DNA from: Isurus oxyrinchus | Taxonomy: Eukaryota | Assembly: GCA_026770705.1 (NCBI GenBank) | Contig: JANJGN010000009.1 | Location: 24,800,001 to 24,864,000, forward strand | Reading direction: 5' to 3' | Length of the DNA stretch: 64,000 nt | In this document: piece by piece, positions 39,706 to 53,665 of the stretch | Layout: each line of letters begins with the position of its first letter | Numbering within the stretch: position 1 is the stretch's first letter | Program-made: the position numbers and the translations under genes | The notes under the pieces: model-generated | What the model saw: the letters and a program-made list of their open reading frames with translations, nothing else | Database searches by the model: none | Told to the model about the DNA's origin: nothing

Positions 39706-41364
39706 TTTCTTCTGCCATGGTGTGAAGTTCTTTATGAACAGTGTAAATGGCCACATCTTCATGCTTGCCTCCCAAATCTGTGCCCATCTTTCCCAGAACT
39801 CCATATTTCAATTCCTCCAATAAGATTCCTGCCTCTGCCAGAGTACCAAAATAGCTCTTATAAAAACCCCAACATCATATCAGTGACAATGGTAAACTTT
39901 CCCTCCACATCCTTCTCAACCTGCCTGCAGCCTTTGACACAGCCAACTATCCTCCTCCAATGCCTCTCCTGTACCATCCCGTTGGTTGGGACCTCTCTCC
40001 CTGGTTCCATTCTTATTTGTCTAATCATATCCAGATTACCACTCACAATGGCTTCTCTTCCTCCATTGCACCTATACCCTTGGTATTCCCCTGAGGATCT
40101 TTCCCTGGCCCTCTCCTATTTTTCATCTACATGTTGCCCTCAGCAACATTATCTAAAAGCACATTAGTTTTCATATGTACACTGATGATACCCAGCTCTT
40201 CCTTACCCTCACCTTTCTCGACTCCACCACTTCTGTTAAATTATCAGACTGTTATCCAGCATAGATGATTAGAAAGTTCCTCCAATTACATATTGGGAAG
40301 GCTAAAGCTATTGTTTTCAGTTCCCACCCCAAACACTATTCCCTAGCAACTGACTCCATCCCTCCCTCTGGCAAAATTGTTTGATTAAAATAGTTTGTTT
40401 GCAACCTTGGTCTCACATTTGACCCCAAGATTAACTTCCAATCATATATTAACATCACTGCTTCATGGAGGAAGACACAAATAACTTCCCAGAAATACTA
40501 GGGAATCGAGGGTCTAGTGAGAAGGAGGAATTGAAAGAAATTAGTATTACTAAAAAAAGTGCTGGGGAAATTAATGGGACTGAAAGCTGATAAACCCCCA
40601 GGGCCGGATAATCTACATCCCAGGGTACTAAAGGAGGTGGCCATGGAAATTGTGGATGCATTGGTTATCATCTTCCAAAATTCTGTAGATTCTGGAACAG
40701 TCCCTGCAGATTGGAGGGTGGCAAATGTAACGGCACAATTTGAAAAAGGAGGAAAGGAAAAAATGGGAATTACAGGCTGGTTAGCTTAACATCAGTGGTA
40801 GAGGAAATGCTAGAGTCTATTATAAAGGATGTGATAAAGGACACTTCGAAAATGTCAGCTGAATTAGAGAAAGTCAACATGGATTTATGAAAAGGAAATC
40901 AAAAAATGAGTTTTTTGAAGACTTACCTAGCAGTATAGATAAAGGAGAGCCAGTGGATGTGGAGTATTTAGATTTTCAGAAAGCTTTTAATAAAGTCCCA
41001 TATTAGGGGTTAGTGAGTAAAATTAAAGCACATGGCATTGGGGGTAATATATTGGCATGGATTGAGAATTGGTTAGCCGACAGGAAACAGAGTAGGAATA
41101 AATGGGTCCTTTTCAGAATGACAGGCAGTGACTAGTGGGGTACCGCAGGGATCAGTGCTTGGGCCCCAGCTATTCACAATATATATCAATGATTTGGATG
41201 AGGGAATCAAATGTAATATTTCTAAGTTTGCTATTGACACAAAACTAGATGGGAATGTGAATGGTGAGGAGGATGGTAAGAGGCTTCAAGGCATTTAGAC
41301 AAGTTAAGTGGTGGGCAAATACATGGCAAATGCAGTATAACATGGATAAGTGTGAAGTTATCCA

Positions 41365-43451
41365 ACACAAACATAAAATTTGCTGGAAAAACTCAGCAGG
41401 TCTGACAGCATCTGTGGAGACGAAGACAGAGTTAACGTTTCAAGTCCGAGACTCTTCATCAGAACTGAAGAGAAATAGAAATGTGGTGAAATATAAACTG
41501 TTTAAGGACAGGACAGTGATAGGTGGAGGCAAAGGAGAGATTGCCAAAGATGTCATTAACAAAAGGTCAAGGGGTGTTGATGGTGGTGATTTTAGCTAAA
41601 GGATGTGCTAATGGTGACATTAAGGGTAGAAAGCAGGATGAGCAACTAACAGGTGGTCCTAGTGGGGGTGGGGTGGAGGGAAGGGATTGAAATAGGCTAT
41701 AAGGTAGAGATAAAACAATGGACGGTAATAAATTATAAAAATAATAATAGAAATAGGTGGGAAAAGAAAAATATATATATAAAATTAATAATTATTAGAA
41801 AAAAGGTGATCAAAAAGGGGGTGGGGATGGAGGAGAGAGTTCATGATCCAAAGTTGTTGAACTCAATATTAAGTGCAGAAGGCTGTAAAGTGCCTAGTCA
41901 GTAGATGAGGTGCTGTTCCTCCAGTTTGCATTGAGCTTCACTGGAACATTGCAGCAGGCCAAGGATAGACACGTGGGCACGAGAGCAGGGTGGTGTGTTG
42001 AAATGGCAAGCGACAGGGAGGTCTGGGTCATGCTTGCGGGTAGACCGAAGGTGTTCCGTAAAGCGGTCACCCAGGCTGCGTTTGGTCTCTCCAGTGTAGA
42101 GGAAACCACATTGGGAGCAGCAACTGCAGTAGACTAAATTGAGGGAAGTGCAAGTGAAATGCTGCTTCACTTGAAAGGAGTGTTTGGGCCCTTGGACAGT
42201 GAGGAGGGGGTAAGTAAAGAGGCAAGTTGCACCTCCTGCAGTTGCATGGGAAGATGCCGTGGGAGGGGGCTGAGTTGTAGGGGGTGATGGAGGAGTGGAC
42301 CAGGGTGTCCCGGAGGGAGCGATCCCTACGGAATGCCGATGGGGGGTGAAGGGAAGATGTGTTTGGTGGTGGCATCATGCTGGAGTTGGCGGAAATGGCA
42401 GAGGATGATCCTTTGAATGCGACAGCTGGTGGGGTGATAAGAGAGGACAAGGGGGACCCTATCATATTTTTGGGAGGGAGAGGAAGGTGTGAGGGTGGGT
42501 GCACGGGAGATGGGCCGGACATGGTCGAGGGCCCTGTCAACCACTGTGGGTAGAAAACTTCAGCTAAGGAAGAAGGAAAACATGTCAGAGGAACTGTTTT
42601 TGAAAGTGGCACCATCAGAACAGATGCAATGGAGACGAAGGAACTGAGAGAATGGGATGGAGTCCTTATAGGAAGCAGGGTGTGAGGAGCTGTAGTCGAG
42701 GTAGCTGTGGGAGTCAGTGGGCTTGTAATGAATATTGGTGGATAGTCTATCACCAGAAATTGAGAGGTCAAGGAAGGGAAGGGAAGTGTCAGAGATGGAC
42801 CATGTGAAAGTGATAGAGGGGTGGAAATTGGAAGCAAAAGTAATAAATTTTTCCAGGTCCAGACGAGGGCATGAAGCGGCATCAAGGCAGTCATCGATGT
42901 ACCGGAGAAAGAGTTGTGGAAGGGGGCCAGAGTAGGACCAGAACGAGGAATGTTCCACATACCCCAGAAAGAGACAGGCATAACTGGGGCCCATGCGGGT
43001 ACCCATGGCCAAATCTTTTATTTGGAGGAAGTGAGACGAGTTTAAGGAGAAATTGTTCAGTGAGAGAACAAGTTCAACCAGACGGAGGAGAGTGGTGGTG
43101 GATGGGGATTGTTCAGGCCTCTGTCAAAGGAAGAAGCGGAGTGCCCTCAGACCATCCCGGTGGGGGATGGAGCTGTAGAGGGATTGGGCATCCATGGTGA
43201 AGAGGAAGCGGTTGGGGCCAGGGAACTGGAAATTGTTGATATGTTGTAGGCCATCAGAGGAATCGCGGATGTTGGTGGGAAGAGACTGGACTAGGGGAGA
43301 GAGAATGGAGTCAAGAAATGAAGAAATGAGTTCTGTGAGGCAGGAACAGGCTGACACAATTGGTCTGCCAGGATTGTGGATCCTGTTTGTGGATTTTGGG
43401 TAGGAGATAGAAGCGGGCCTTCCGAGGTTGGGAGACTATGAGGTTGGAAGC
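41365..43451 (-). mobile_element. Penelope-like retroelement, 5'-truncated, disrupted RT + GIY-YIG
   Basis: ORF pieces AMGTRMGPSYACLF, FLRYIDD, NLVYC..FLYTGETKR; exact 14-bp TSD tgtgaagttatcca at 41351-41364 and 43452-43465. Confidence 0.93.
41430..41466 (-). ncRNA. Minimal type I hammerhead ribozyme with canonical core
   Basis: AGTT-CTGATGA-A-GAGTC-TCG-GACTT-GAAA-CGTT-AACT; predicted cleavage after GUU; palindromic AACGTT stem III. Confidence 0.75.
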
Positions 43452-44649
43452 TGTGAAGTTATCCACTTTGGTAGGAAAAACAGAATGGCAGAGTATTATT
43501 TAAATGGTGATTGATTGGGAAATGTTGATGTACAAAGGGACCTGGGTGTCCTTGTACTCCAATCATTGAAATCAAGCACACAGGTGCAGCAAGCAGTTAG
43601 AAGGCAAATGGCATGTTGGACTTCATTGCAAGAGGACCTGAGTACAGGAGCAAGGATGTCTTACTGCAGCTGTACAGGACCTTGGTGAGACCACACCTAG
43701 GGTATTATGTGCAGTTTTGATCTCCTTACCTAAGAAATGATGTGCTTGCCATTGAGGGAGTGCAGTGAAAGTTCACTAGATTGGTTTCTGGGATGGCAAG
43801 ATTGTTGTATGAGGAGAGATTGGGCTGACTGGGCCTGTTTAGAAGAATGAGAGGGGATCTCATTGAAACATATAAATGTCTGACAGGGCTGGACAGACTG
43901 GATGCAGGGATGGTGTTTCCTCTGGCTGGGGGGGCGCTAAAACAAGGGGTCACAACCTCAGGATATGGAGTAGGCCATTTAGAACTGAGATGAGGAGAAA
44001 CTTCTTCACTCAGAGGGCAGTGAACCTGTGGAATTCTCTACCATAGGGGGCTGTGAGGCCTAGTTACTGAATATATTTAAGAAGGAAATAGATAGATTTC
44101 TGGACTCTAAAAGCGTCAAGGGGTATGGGGAGAGAGTGGGAGTACAGCATTGAGATAGAGGATCAGCCATGATCATAATGAATGGTAGAGCAGGCTCAAA
44201 GGCCAAATGACCTACTCCTGCTTCCATTTTCTATGTTTCTATGCTAAGATAGCCGATTTCCACCTCTGAGGCATCACAAGACTTTGCCCCTGCCTCAATT
44301 CATCTGCTGCTGAACCCCTCATTTATGCTTTCATTACCTCTAGACTCAACTGTTCCAATATACTCCTGCTTGGTCTCTCACATTTTACCCTCCATAAACT
44401 TGAGGTCATCTAAACTTTGCTGTCCCTGTCTTAACTCACACCAAGTTCCATTCACCTATCACCCCTGTGTTCGCTGACCTACATTGGCTCTCAGTCAAAC
44501 AGCGTCTTGATTTTAAAATTCTCATCCATGTTTTCAAATCCCTCCATGGCCTCACCCTCCCTATCTGTGCAATTTCCTCCAGCCCCACAACTCTCCGGGA
44601 TATCTGTGTTCCTTTAATTCTGGCCTCTTGTGCACCCCCAATTTTAATT

Positions 44650-45010
44650 GGCATGGTGGTATAGTCACTGGATAACTAATGCAGAGACCCAGGATAATGC
44701 TCTCGGGACCCAGATTCAAATCCCGCCATGGCAGATGGTGAAATTTGAATTCAATAAAACTCTGGAATTAAAAGTCTAATGATGACCATGAAACCATTGT
44801 CGATTGTTGTAAAGACCCATCTGGTTCACTAATGTCCTGTAGGGAAGGAAATCTGACATCCTTAGCTGGCCTGGCCTACATGTGACTCCAGACCCACAGC
44901 AATGCAGTTGACTCTTAAAAAGGCCCTCTCAACGAGGGCAATTAGGAATGGGCAATAAATGCTGGCCTAGCCAGTGACACCCACAACCCACAAATAACAT
45001 ATTAAAAAAC
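44650..45010 (+). mobile_element. tRNA-derived SINE inserted in L2
   Basis: B-box-like gattcaaatccc, core aaagacccatctggttcactaatgtcc..agggaaggaaatctg, tail gggcaataaatgctggcct; second copy at 47495-47860. Confidence 0.85.
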
Positions 45011-46889
45011 CCTTGGCAGTCATTGCCTTGAGTTACCTAGGCTTCAAGCTCTGGAATTCCTTCCTTATATCTCTCCGCCCTTCTACCTTGCTTTCCTGCT
45101 TTAAGACACTACTTAAAACCCACCTCTCATCTGATCTAATATCTCTTTATGTGACTTGGTGTCACATTTTGTTTGTAATGTCCTTGTGAAGCACCTTGGA
45201 ACATTTTATTTCATTAAAGGTGCTATATAAGTTGCTGTTGCACCCAATATAGGCAACATATTTTTATTTGACAAATCTCATTTCCAATTATAGCAACAAA
45301 ATAATTAGACAACAGTAGAATATCAACACCCACGAAAATCCACAGAACAGCGACATTATCTCAGATGACAATTGGTTTACCAAGAACAAGTCTATGGAAG
45401 ATGTCAGCACTGATATTCGGGAAGATTGACTGTGAATCCAACAAAGGTGATCTCAAATGGGCAAAAGGTCCTGATGTCTAGTACGGATACAGTCTTCAGC
45501 AGTGGTGCAACAGTTATTTCCCTGATAATCTTTTCAGTGTTTGTGTACTGGAGATGCAATTCACAGTACAGTACATCAGTAGGTAGATACAAGGTCAAAG
45601 CTGTTGAAAGTAGCCCTGAAGGGCAGGAAATGACCAAGATGACAACAAGCCTATATTGTGCTTTCTTAAATTGTGCTCATGCGTATTTATGGTTAAAACT
45701 TTTTAAATTATTTTATCATGTAGAGTAGTACAGATACTTAATGTATTGAATTCTTGAACTCTACAACTGGACTCTCTGAAGTACATTCCATTTTTCATTA
45801 CCATATTGGTATGTGGGTGAACATCACCCAAATGATCTCACAGTTGGAGTGGAGTGTTTAAAATTTACCCACCTAGGTGAAAGACAATAGCTTTAGTGCA
45901 GCCAAAGTTGAACAAGAATAGATGAGGCAAATAAAGGTGTAGTAGTGATGCTAAGGTTAAGTAATGTTCTGAAGAACCTCTCCCTACTGGTCTATAAAGT
46001 GCATAACTTGATATTCAAGTCCTTTAATCAAAACTCCAAATTAAACTGATTTATTTCACCATATTCTCATTCCATTTTAAAACACCTCCTGTGAAGCACA
46101 TTGGGATTTACCATATAAAATATACACTCAGCATGTAAAAGGCATTATTTAAAAGTTGTGATAATTATAGAAACTGAGACATAGTGAAAAAGAGGGTGGG
46201 GGAAAAATGGTGTGGCAATCACCCCAGAGCATTAGAACCAACATGTAGGACTGAGCAGTGTCTATGAAGGGTAGCTGGGGTACTGGCTCATAAATAAAAC
46301 CAATTTAGACTTCTACCACCTAACATACCGGTTCCCTAAAGGATGAGGGAGTTATAGTGAAAATAATGAATCACCTCCCCTTTCTACATTTAAGAGAGCT
46401 AAAGAAATTATTTCCCTGATTTAGCAAATATATTGATCTGGTGCTTTAAGCAGATCTATCCCCATGGATCTATAGTATTACATAACTTAATGAATGTAAG
46501 ACCCAAATTACCTGATTGCTTTCGCCACATTATCATTGCACTTTACTCTACAATAGATTTTTTTAAAATAAGTAAAATGACAAAGTGTACAGGAAATATC
46601 CAATGAGTCATACAATACAGGTTGATAGGATGGCTAGTTAAAATAATGAAAATTGTTTCAAAATATTTTTAAAGAGGCTTCTGCCTACACCCAAGCCTTC
46701 TAACATTTGAGGAGCACGTTTAATGCATCATTTTTGCCACAACCATTCTGCACCCAAATGATACATTTTGATGTAATGTATATGACAGTACACAAACAAC
46801 AGGCACTGCAAACACTTTGCCACTTGACAATAGCGAAATCGCCGGTGTTTTTCACACTGAAAGTAAAAAGACTGAATGGCACTGAAAGA

Positions 46890-47950
46890 TAGGATATGGC
46901 AGCAGAAGTTTGGATGAGCCAACAGGTGCAAGGTGGGAAGGTCAGCTGGGAGATCATAGGAATAGTCTAATCTGGAGGAGACAAGGGCATGGATGAGGGT
47001 ATTGGCTACAAGCATGCTGAGGCAGGGGCACAGATGAGCAATGTTACAAAGTTGGAAGTAGGTGTCTTTGTGATGGAAAGGATATGAGGCTGGGTTCTGA
47101 ACAGCCAGGTTCAGCGTAAGCTAGTGACTGAGGAGGCAGAATGGGTTGGTGGAGACAGGACAGAGTTGTAGTCCAGACCTTGATTTCCCAATGTTTAAGT
47201 AGATGAAATAGTGCCTCACTCAGGATCAGATCTCAGCCAAGCAGTCTGTCAATGCAGAAGCAGTGAAAAGATTGAGAGCGCTGGTGGAAGGCAGGACTGG
47301 ATATCATCATGAGGAATCTGGTGTCACCAATGAGCATCATGTAGATGAGGAGAAGGGTGGGGGGTGGTGGGGCAATGCTAGATTTTTGGATTCTAGGGGT
47401 AGCAGTGCAGTGGTGGAAGGAGAAACTACTGCTGGAAGGTTATGACTACAATTGGATTGGTGAAAATGAAGCCAAGTGAGGGGGGAGACAGTGACATTGT
47501 GGTAATCCAGAGGCTCAGGTTAATCCTCTGGGGTGGAAGGGTTCGAATCCAAGGCAGTTGGTAGAATTTAAGTTAATAAAGAGTGCAATTGAAAACTAAC
47601 CTCAATAATGGTGATCATGACAACTATTATCGATCGTCATAAAAACCCATCTGGTTCAATAATGTCCTTTAGGGAAGGAAATCTGCCACCTTTACCTGGT
47701 CTGGTTTGCATGTGATTCCAGGCCCACAGCAAAGTATTTGACTCTTAACTGCTCTTTGCAATGGTCCAGCAAGCCATTCATTTCAAGGGCAATAAGGGAT
47801 AGGCATCAAATGCTGGCCTTGCCAGCGACACTCACATTCCATGAAAAAATACATTTTTTATAAAAGTCCAAATGAGCTGACAAAGGAGGAGAAGCATTGG
47901 AGGAGGTTGGTGCGGTCAACTATGCCAAAGGCTGCAGAGGCTTAATTTTT
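46890..47950 (-). mobile_element. L2-like LINE fragment interrupted by a SINE
   Basis: Minus strand ANTLIHALVSSRLDYS (ORF 46728-47015); RT motif remnant near 47900-47940. Confidence 0.7.
47495..47860 (+). mobile_element. tRNA-derived SINE (same family as 44650-45010)
   Basis: gggttcgaatcc B-box; aaaacccatctggttcaataatgtcctttagggaaggaaatctgcc core. Confidence 0.85.
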
Positions 47951-49499
47951 TACATTTAAAATTATTCTTTTCATCACCTTATAATTTACATCCTTGCTGT
48001 ACTTTGAAATGATATTCTAGTGTAAATCGTTTAATATTTAACATACCTTGATGAGGCTTCCACTTTGCCACAATGGAAATTCTCTAACCTTTCCTGAGAA
48101 CTCATTTCCTTCACACTTTTATTATGCCTGGTTGCTTTTCCACATACTCTGAGCAAAGCATGAAAATTTTTGTTGAAGTGAGAATTTAATATAGAGCAAA
48201 TGTAGTCTGAAGAGTACATTGTAAAGGTTTAGAATAACCTCTATAGACTTGTAATCCATAGGTCCAGGAAAATGTCCATAATATTAGAGTACATTATCCT
48301 GTATAAATGCTTCACCACACTACCTAGATATTAAGCATGATGAATCTACAATTGTTACCATGTCCTTTACTAAATTTTTCTGCAGCAATCCAATTCTGTT
48401 TCTGTATGCTTTTATAAAATCACAGAAACCATAACCATTTGGCCAACTGTGCCAGTGCTAGTTCTTCAAATCAAACAATCTAGTTCAATCCCGTTACCCT
48501 ATGTCCTTTTATATACTTCCTTCCAAGCTATATATCCAATCCTTTTCAAATGATGTTGTAGCCCCTGCCTCACTGGCTCATGGTTAAGCATTCTATGTTC
48601 TAGTGTAGTCCTGTGAAAAATCATAAATGCTTGATCTTTTAATGATAATCCCGGAATTAAGCCCACTAGATTGTGATTCACACACTGTCTTAGGCTCTTC
48701 CATTGCGTGCAACTACTTTCACATTCAAATAGCATCTCAATGACCACATCAAACCTCCACATTAATTAGGCAGGCTGAATAATAGATAACATAAAAGTAA
48801 TTATAAAGCTGCGAACCAATCATAATGGTTTGCCTAATATAAATCACTGAAGCATGCTGCTAGTTTGATGAGGAGGTTTTCAGACGTCTGAAGGTGAAGG
48901 TGGCGCCAAGTGATGCAAGACTTTAAGAAAACAAGAAATGACGAAAATCCATTCAGCCCATTTCTCCTGCAGGCAATGCACAATTTCCGTGTGTCTTCTA
49001 AGGGTGGTAGCTTGCCTGAGGAAAAACTTACGAGACGACAAACCTCCCTGGCCCCAAAAGTAATCAAAGAAAACACCACGATATCAATCTAATATTATCA
49101 ACCACATTATTCAACCCTGGCCAGTTTAATTTCATAGATGACATTTCCCAGGTCCCAGGAGCACAGAAACCATCATGAACCCTAAGCCTGTAAAGTATTT
49201 GATTGTCTTTGTGTGTTATTTCCTTTCAATCCTCTTCTTATATGTTTTTTTCCTCAAGCCTTTTCTTTTTTAAAAAGGAAACATCATTGACTTGAAGTCC
49301 TCTCTATTCCAACTGATTCATGCAACAACTCAGAACCTGAATACCTATTGTTTTAGAAAGATTTGAAGCAACACTAGGTAATTTTGAGCAATACATTATT
49401 GGACTTGAAGGAACAGAAAAATCCCAGGGCAGATTTCACAGCCAATTTTCACTTCCTATTCTAAAGTTAAGTAATAGCCTTTGTCACCCGAACAGGTAA

Positions 49500-50250
49500 A
49501 CGGAATCCTGTAGAATATACACAAATTGAGGACGTAGAGCGCCTAATCCCCCCACGCCCAGAAACAATGTCGAGGTCTAACCGACATGCTCCACGCTGAT
49601 CCGCCCAGCAGCCATAAAGTGTGCTGGGGCAGAAGTCCCGCCTAGTGGAGCTGCCGGTCAATCCAATTAGTCAGCAGCTCCACCAGGCCCAACAACACCA
49701 TGAAAGTGTCAGTGGCCACTGCCAGGACTGCAGAAGGAAAAGAAGATCAAGGCCCATGGATGCCCAGACCAGGTAAGTCTGGAGTCTTGGGCCAGGAGGG
49801 TTTGGGTAGGTTAGGGAGAGGGGCGGGTGGTGGGAGGGGGTGGTCGGGATGGATTCAAGGGAGAATGCGGGTAGGAAGGAAAGGGGGTTTGACCTAAGGG
49901 AGGGTGGGGGGGCAGCTCTGTGATTGACAAAGGGCTTTGAGTGAAGAGTGCCCCACTGCCTTCTCACATTTTAAACATTTAGGTTAAAAAATCAGCCTTC
50001 CCATTCCTGCCCTGCTGCCCATGCCAAACATTTTATAGCGTGGGCAGTGTATTACCAGGGCCAATTAGCTTGAGAATAAGCCTAATTGACTTTTAATTAT
50101 TCATTTAAATATGGTGGGCAAGCTACCGATTTCAGTCCCTGTCCCCCCTCCCCCCTCATTATGATGGTGAGCTCAGTGGTGGGACGGATGCCCACCTTAC
50201 TTCACACCATGGGAAACACACCTGCTGGGGGCCTGTAAATTTCAGCCCAT
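49500..50250. mobile_element. GC-rich non-autonomous DNA transposon remnant (Harbinger-like)
   Basis: GC-rich island ending aatttcagccc, similar to the 25470 and 53655 termini; left end unclear. Confidence 0.45.
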
Positions 50251-52818
50251 AAATTCCAGTGTATGCAATGCAAATGAACTAAATGGGGAATGTGTAAGTT
50301 GGAAAAAAGAGATTTGTTAAGAGACATCAGTTGAGAAAGTGAGTTTGGATAGTGTAAGACAAGCTTTAAGTTGGAAGGGAAATGTCTTGAAGGAATTAGG
50401 AGAGAAGCCCTATGTTTCTATGTATGATTTAATATACTCACTGAAAGCAAGGAAAAGCCAATTAATAGTTGCCTGATCTACAGGTAATTGGTAATTAGCC
50501 ACACTCCTTGAACCAGATCTGGAACTAAGAGCAAAATCAAGGCTATAGGACCAAGTGACGAGATAAACCTTTTTGTCACATTTATTTGCCAAGCTATGGC
50601 AGGTGATTTAAGAAAGATGAGCTGGTTTATATTTTACTGCTGCATTACACTGACTAAATCACAGATGCCCTGGTTTGATTTGCTGGTCAATATATTACAA
50701 TCAGTACAGGTATGCAACAGCAAGAGACATTGTCACATTTTCTGTTAAATGTGGCATCCTGAGGGTAAAGGCTCTACATGTATCTGACCTATATGCATCT
50801 ATGCAACATCCCCTAGTAGTCACCAACATAAAAGAATACCAATTATAAATGTGCAAGTATAATCACTGCCAAAGAATTCTGTACATCAATGCACAGGTTG
50901 CAGGGAGTGCCCACAACAATGCTCATGTGAAGAATTTGTCAGTATCCCCCTCCCTTATTTGAAGACAAGTTTGCCTGTTGTATTCTCAGGTAAACAGGTG
51001 AGCCACTCAAAAATATGACTCATGGCACAGGAGAAGAATGAGGGTGGGGAGGATGTGGATGAAGAGCTAGCAGAAGGTCAACAGCCACTGCTGGATTCTC
51101 CAGGCTCCCATTCAGCAGCTCTTTGCTTCAATTGATGTTTTTTTGTTTTAAAAAAGAAACCATTATTCAGCAGTGCAAGTTACGTAAAAGCCATTAATTG
51201 TCAAAGCAAATGATAACTCTAAAGTTTAAAGTAATAAATATTTAATGCCTTAAGTTACACAAATTAAGAGAAAGAGATGGACAAGTATGTACACATCTAG
51301 TGCCTCATCATCTCTCTCATGTCTTCTCATCCAATGATTTACTTTTGATGTGTTGTTATTATTGCCAACAAATGTGACAGTCATTTTACATGCAGTAAGA
51401 TTCCAGAAACTGAAATGAGAAGAACCACTTCATCGATTTTGGTGGTGAGGGTTCACACCAGAATTTTGGCAGAGGCAAAACAAGGTTTTTTTATACTTAG
51501 CTGATCCAATGGCCAGCAGATCTAAGTCTCTGTTTAATGTCTCCTGAAAGGCAGCACTCCTCAGTATTACACTCAAGAGACACAAAACATGGAAGACAGA
51601 GATAGGGAGATACAAAGAATCAGAGATTGGGTGATGAAGTTATATGAAAAGAAAGAGATGCAAGTTTTATCTTTGTCTGTAAGCAATGCCATTGATTAAC
51701 TGGTTCTCAGTAAATGAAGTAGCAAAATGATTGGAACTAATGAATTTTCTATGATATCCCTTAATCACCACACACTGAGGTGCATTATGAAGATGAAGAT
51801 CACATCTGAAAATCAGTTAAAACAAGGGCAAAAATGTCCCTAGGTGCAATTTTAGCGGTTTATCAACATCATCCAAAGTCAGATAAAATATAATCCTACC
51901 TGTTATAATGTATTAACCATGGCGTACACTTACAATGTGAAATAAAACCAAACATTGCTTTAGTTCAAAACAATTAGTACATCAGCAATGCAGGTGAAAT
52001 GATGTGATTTAATCAGAAGAGCCTGCTGTCTGCTGACGTCTATCATAACACCAAACAGCAAAAGAAATGTCACAGTAAAAGGAATAAATTACTCCCAATA
52101 TCTCTGCCTCTGGTGGTTATAAAGAGGCTGTTCGTGTTTTTCAAGAATGCAGTGTCTCTCTTCAGATGGCATTGAATAAACTACTCAAACTTTGCTCTTG
52201 CCATTTATGATTTGCATCTAAATGTAGCAAAGTGTCACTATGGTTATTGGTCCCCCTAACCTGCAAAGTGTTCAATATGTACCTCTATGTCTCTACATGT
52301 TGTAATCCAGACTCTTCATACTGTCTCCTACTCACACCCCAATCTTTCCCAGAACCACAAAACTAATTCCATAGTTAACCATACTTAACTCCCTCAGTCT
52401 TTTCTTCATCTATTTTTTCAGCTTTTAAAACAAAAGCATGATGTCAACTAGTCACTACTTTCTAATTTACCTAGGCTTCTATTTTCAAGCTTGATAATAT
52501 CCTGAACATGGCCCTTCACCCTTGTTGTTCAACAAAAAAAATCTTCAATCCCCACATTAATATACCTCAAAGCATCGGTATTAACATCTCTCTTCATAGA
52601 ATGCACAGCACAGAAATGGGCTACTCGGCCCAACTTTTACATGCTGGTGTTTATGCTCCACATTATCCTCCTCCCTTCCTACTTCATCTTACCCTATCAG
52701 CAAAGGGTTATAACATAGCAATGAGATATTTTCATGCTAGTTTACATTACTGTTTGTGAGAGCTTGCTATGTGCAATTTGGCTTCTGTGTTTCCTACATT
52801 ACAACAGTGGGTACACTT

Positions 52819-53039
52819 GAAGTGAAGGTCGCCGTAGTCCTAGAGAACCGTGGACTGGTCTCTCATTAGAGAGTGACGACTGGTGGTGAGTTTAACCTGA
52901 GGGTCACCACACATCAGGCAAGGGGCGAGGTTGAGAAGGCCACACCTTCATGGATGACCTCAGCCAGTATGGGAATTGAACCTGCGATGCTGACGTCACT
53001 GTATCACAGTCATCCGGCCAACTGAGCTAACCGACCCCC
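52819..53039 (-). mobile_element. tRNA-derived SINE nested in a Deu-SINE tail (52730-53095)
   Basis: Minus strand head GGGGTCGGTTAGCTCAGTTGG (A box) ..GGTTCAATTCC (B box); TSD tgg(g/c)tacactt at 52808-52818 and 53041-53051. Confidence 0.85.
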
Positions 53040-53263
53040 ATGGCTACACTTCAAAAGCACCTCATCGGCTTCAAAGAACCTTGGGACATCTTCAGCCGCC
53101 CTTTGACATAGCTAGATCCACTGTTGTCTGCACTGCTATCCAACATATTGTTTGGAATCAAAATTACACAATTTCAGTCCTTCAGTAGAAACTTCCATGA
53201 AGTTCTCTCCAGCTTTCTGATGACTGGTTGACTGAGTCACACACTCGGCTTTCAGGATCCACT

Positions 53264-53665
53264 GGGTTGAATTTTACTGCAAGCTTCAGGGCTCCGACAT
53301 CAGGCTGAAAAACGGGTCCTGAGCCCACAGTGTGCTGACAGTGGGAATGGCTGTGGAGGCTGCCTGCCATCCCCCCTTTAGGCCAAGGAGGCTCCAGCTC
53401 TGATGCCCCCCTGCTCCAGGGAGGTCACCTCCATGAAGTTGGCAGCCTATTCACATGGTGTGTGCACCCTGCTGTCAGCCCTGTAAAGTGGCCCATAGTT
53501 ATGCAAACTGGCTGCCTGCCTCCATGAAGTGGGCAGCTGGTCCGCCATTGGGAGGCTTCCCTGGTAGTGGGACTGTAATGGGTAGCCATGCTGATGTGGC
53601 TGCCTCCTATTCTACCAGCATCCTCGCCTCTATTCCCACCATTCAGGGGCCAGAAAATTCAGGCC
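53264..53665. mobile_element. Harbinger-like MITE
   Basis: Inverted termini gggttgaatttt../..aaaattcaggcc; GC-rich interior. Confidence 0.6.

Larger units (their letters stand above)
40460..44243 (+). mobile_element. CR1-like LINE (5'-truncated ORF2), interrupted by a PLE
   Basis: [49 protein letters not shown]; tail ctatgtttctatg. Confidence 0.92.
39840..45240 (+). mobile_element. L2-like LINE split by nested CR1, PLE and SINE insertions
   Basis: RT motif FHMYTDDTQL at ~40170. The reading resumes after 44243 with LIYAFITSRL..HSPITPVFADLHWLSVKQRLDFKIL; L2 3' end at 45050-45240. Confidence 0.85.

Noticed and set aside
48031-48219. Minus-strand ORF ending near a donor AAG|GTATGT
   Set aside because: Wrong phase for nexmif and no homology.
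52960-53039. tRNA-like A and B boxes
   Set aside because: Head of a TSD-flanked SINE; no complete cloverleaf, so not a tRNA gene.
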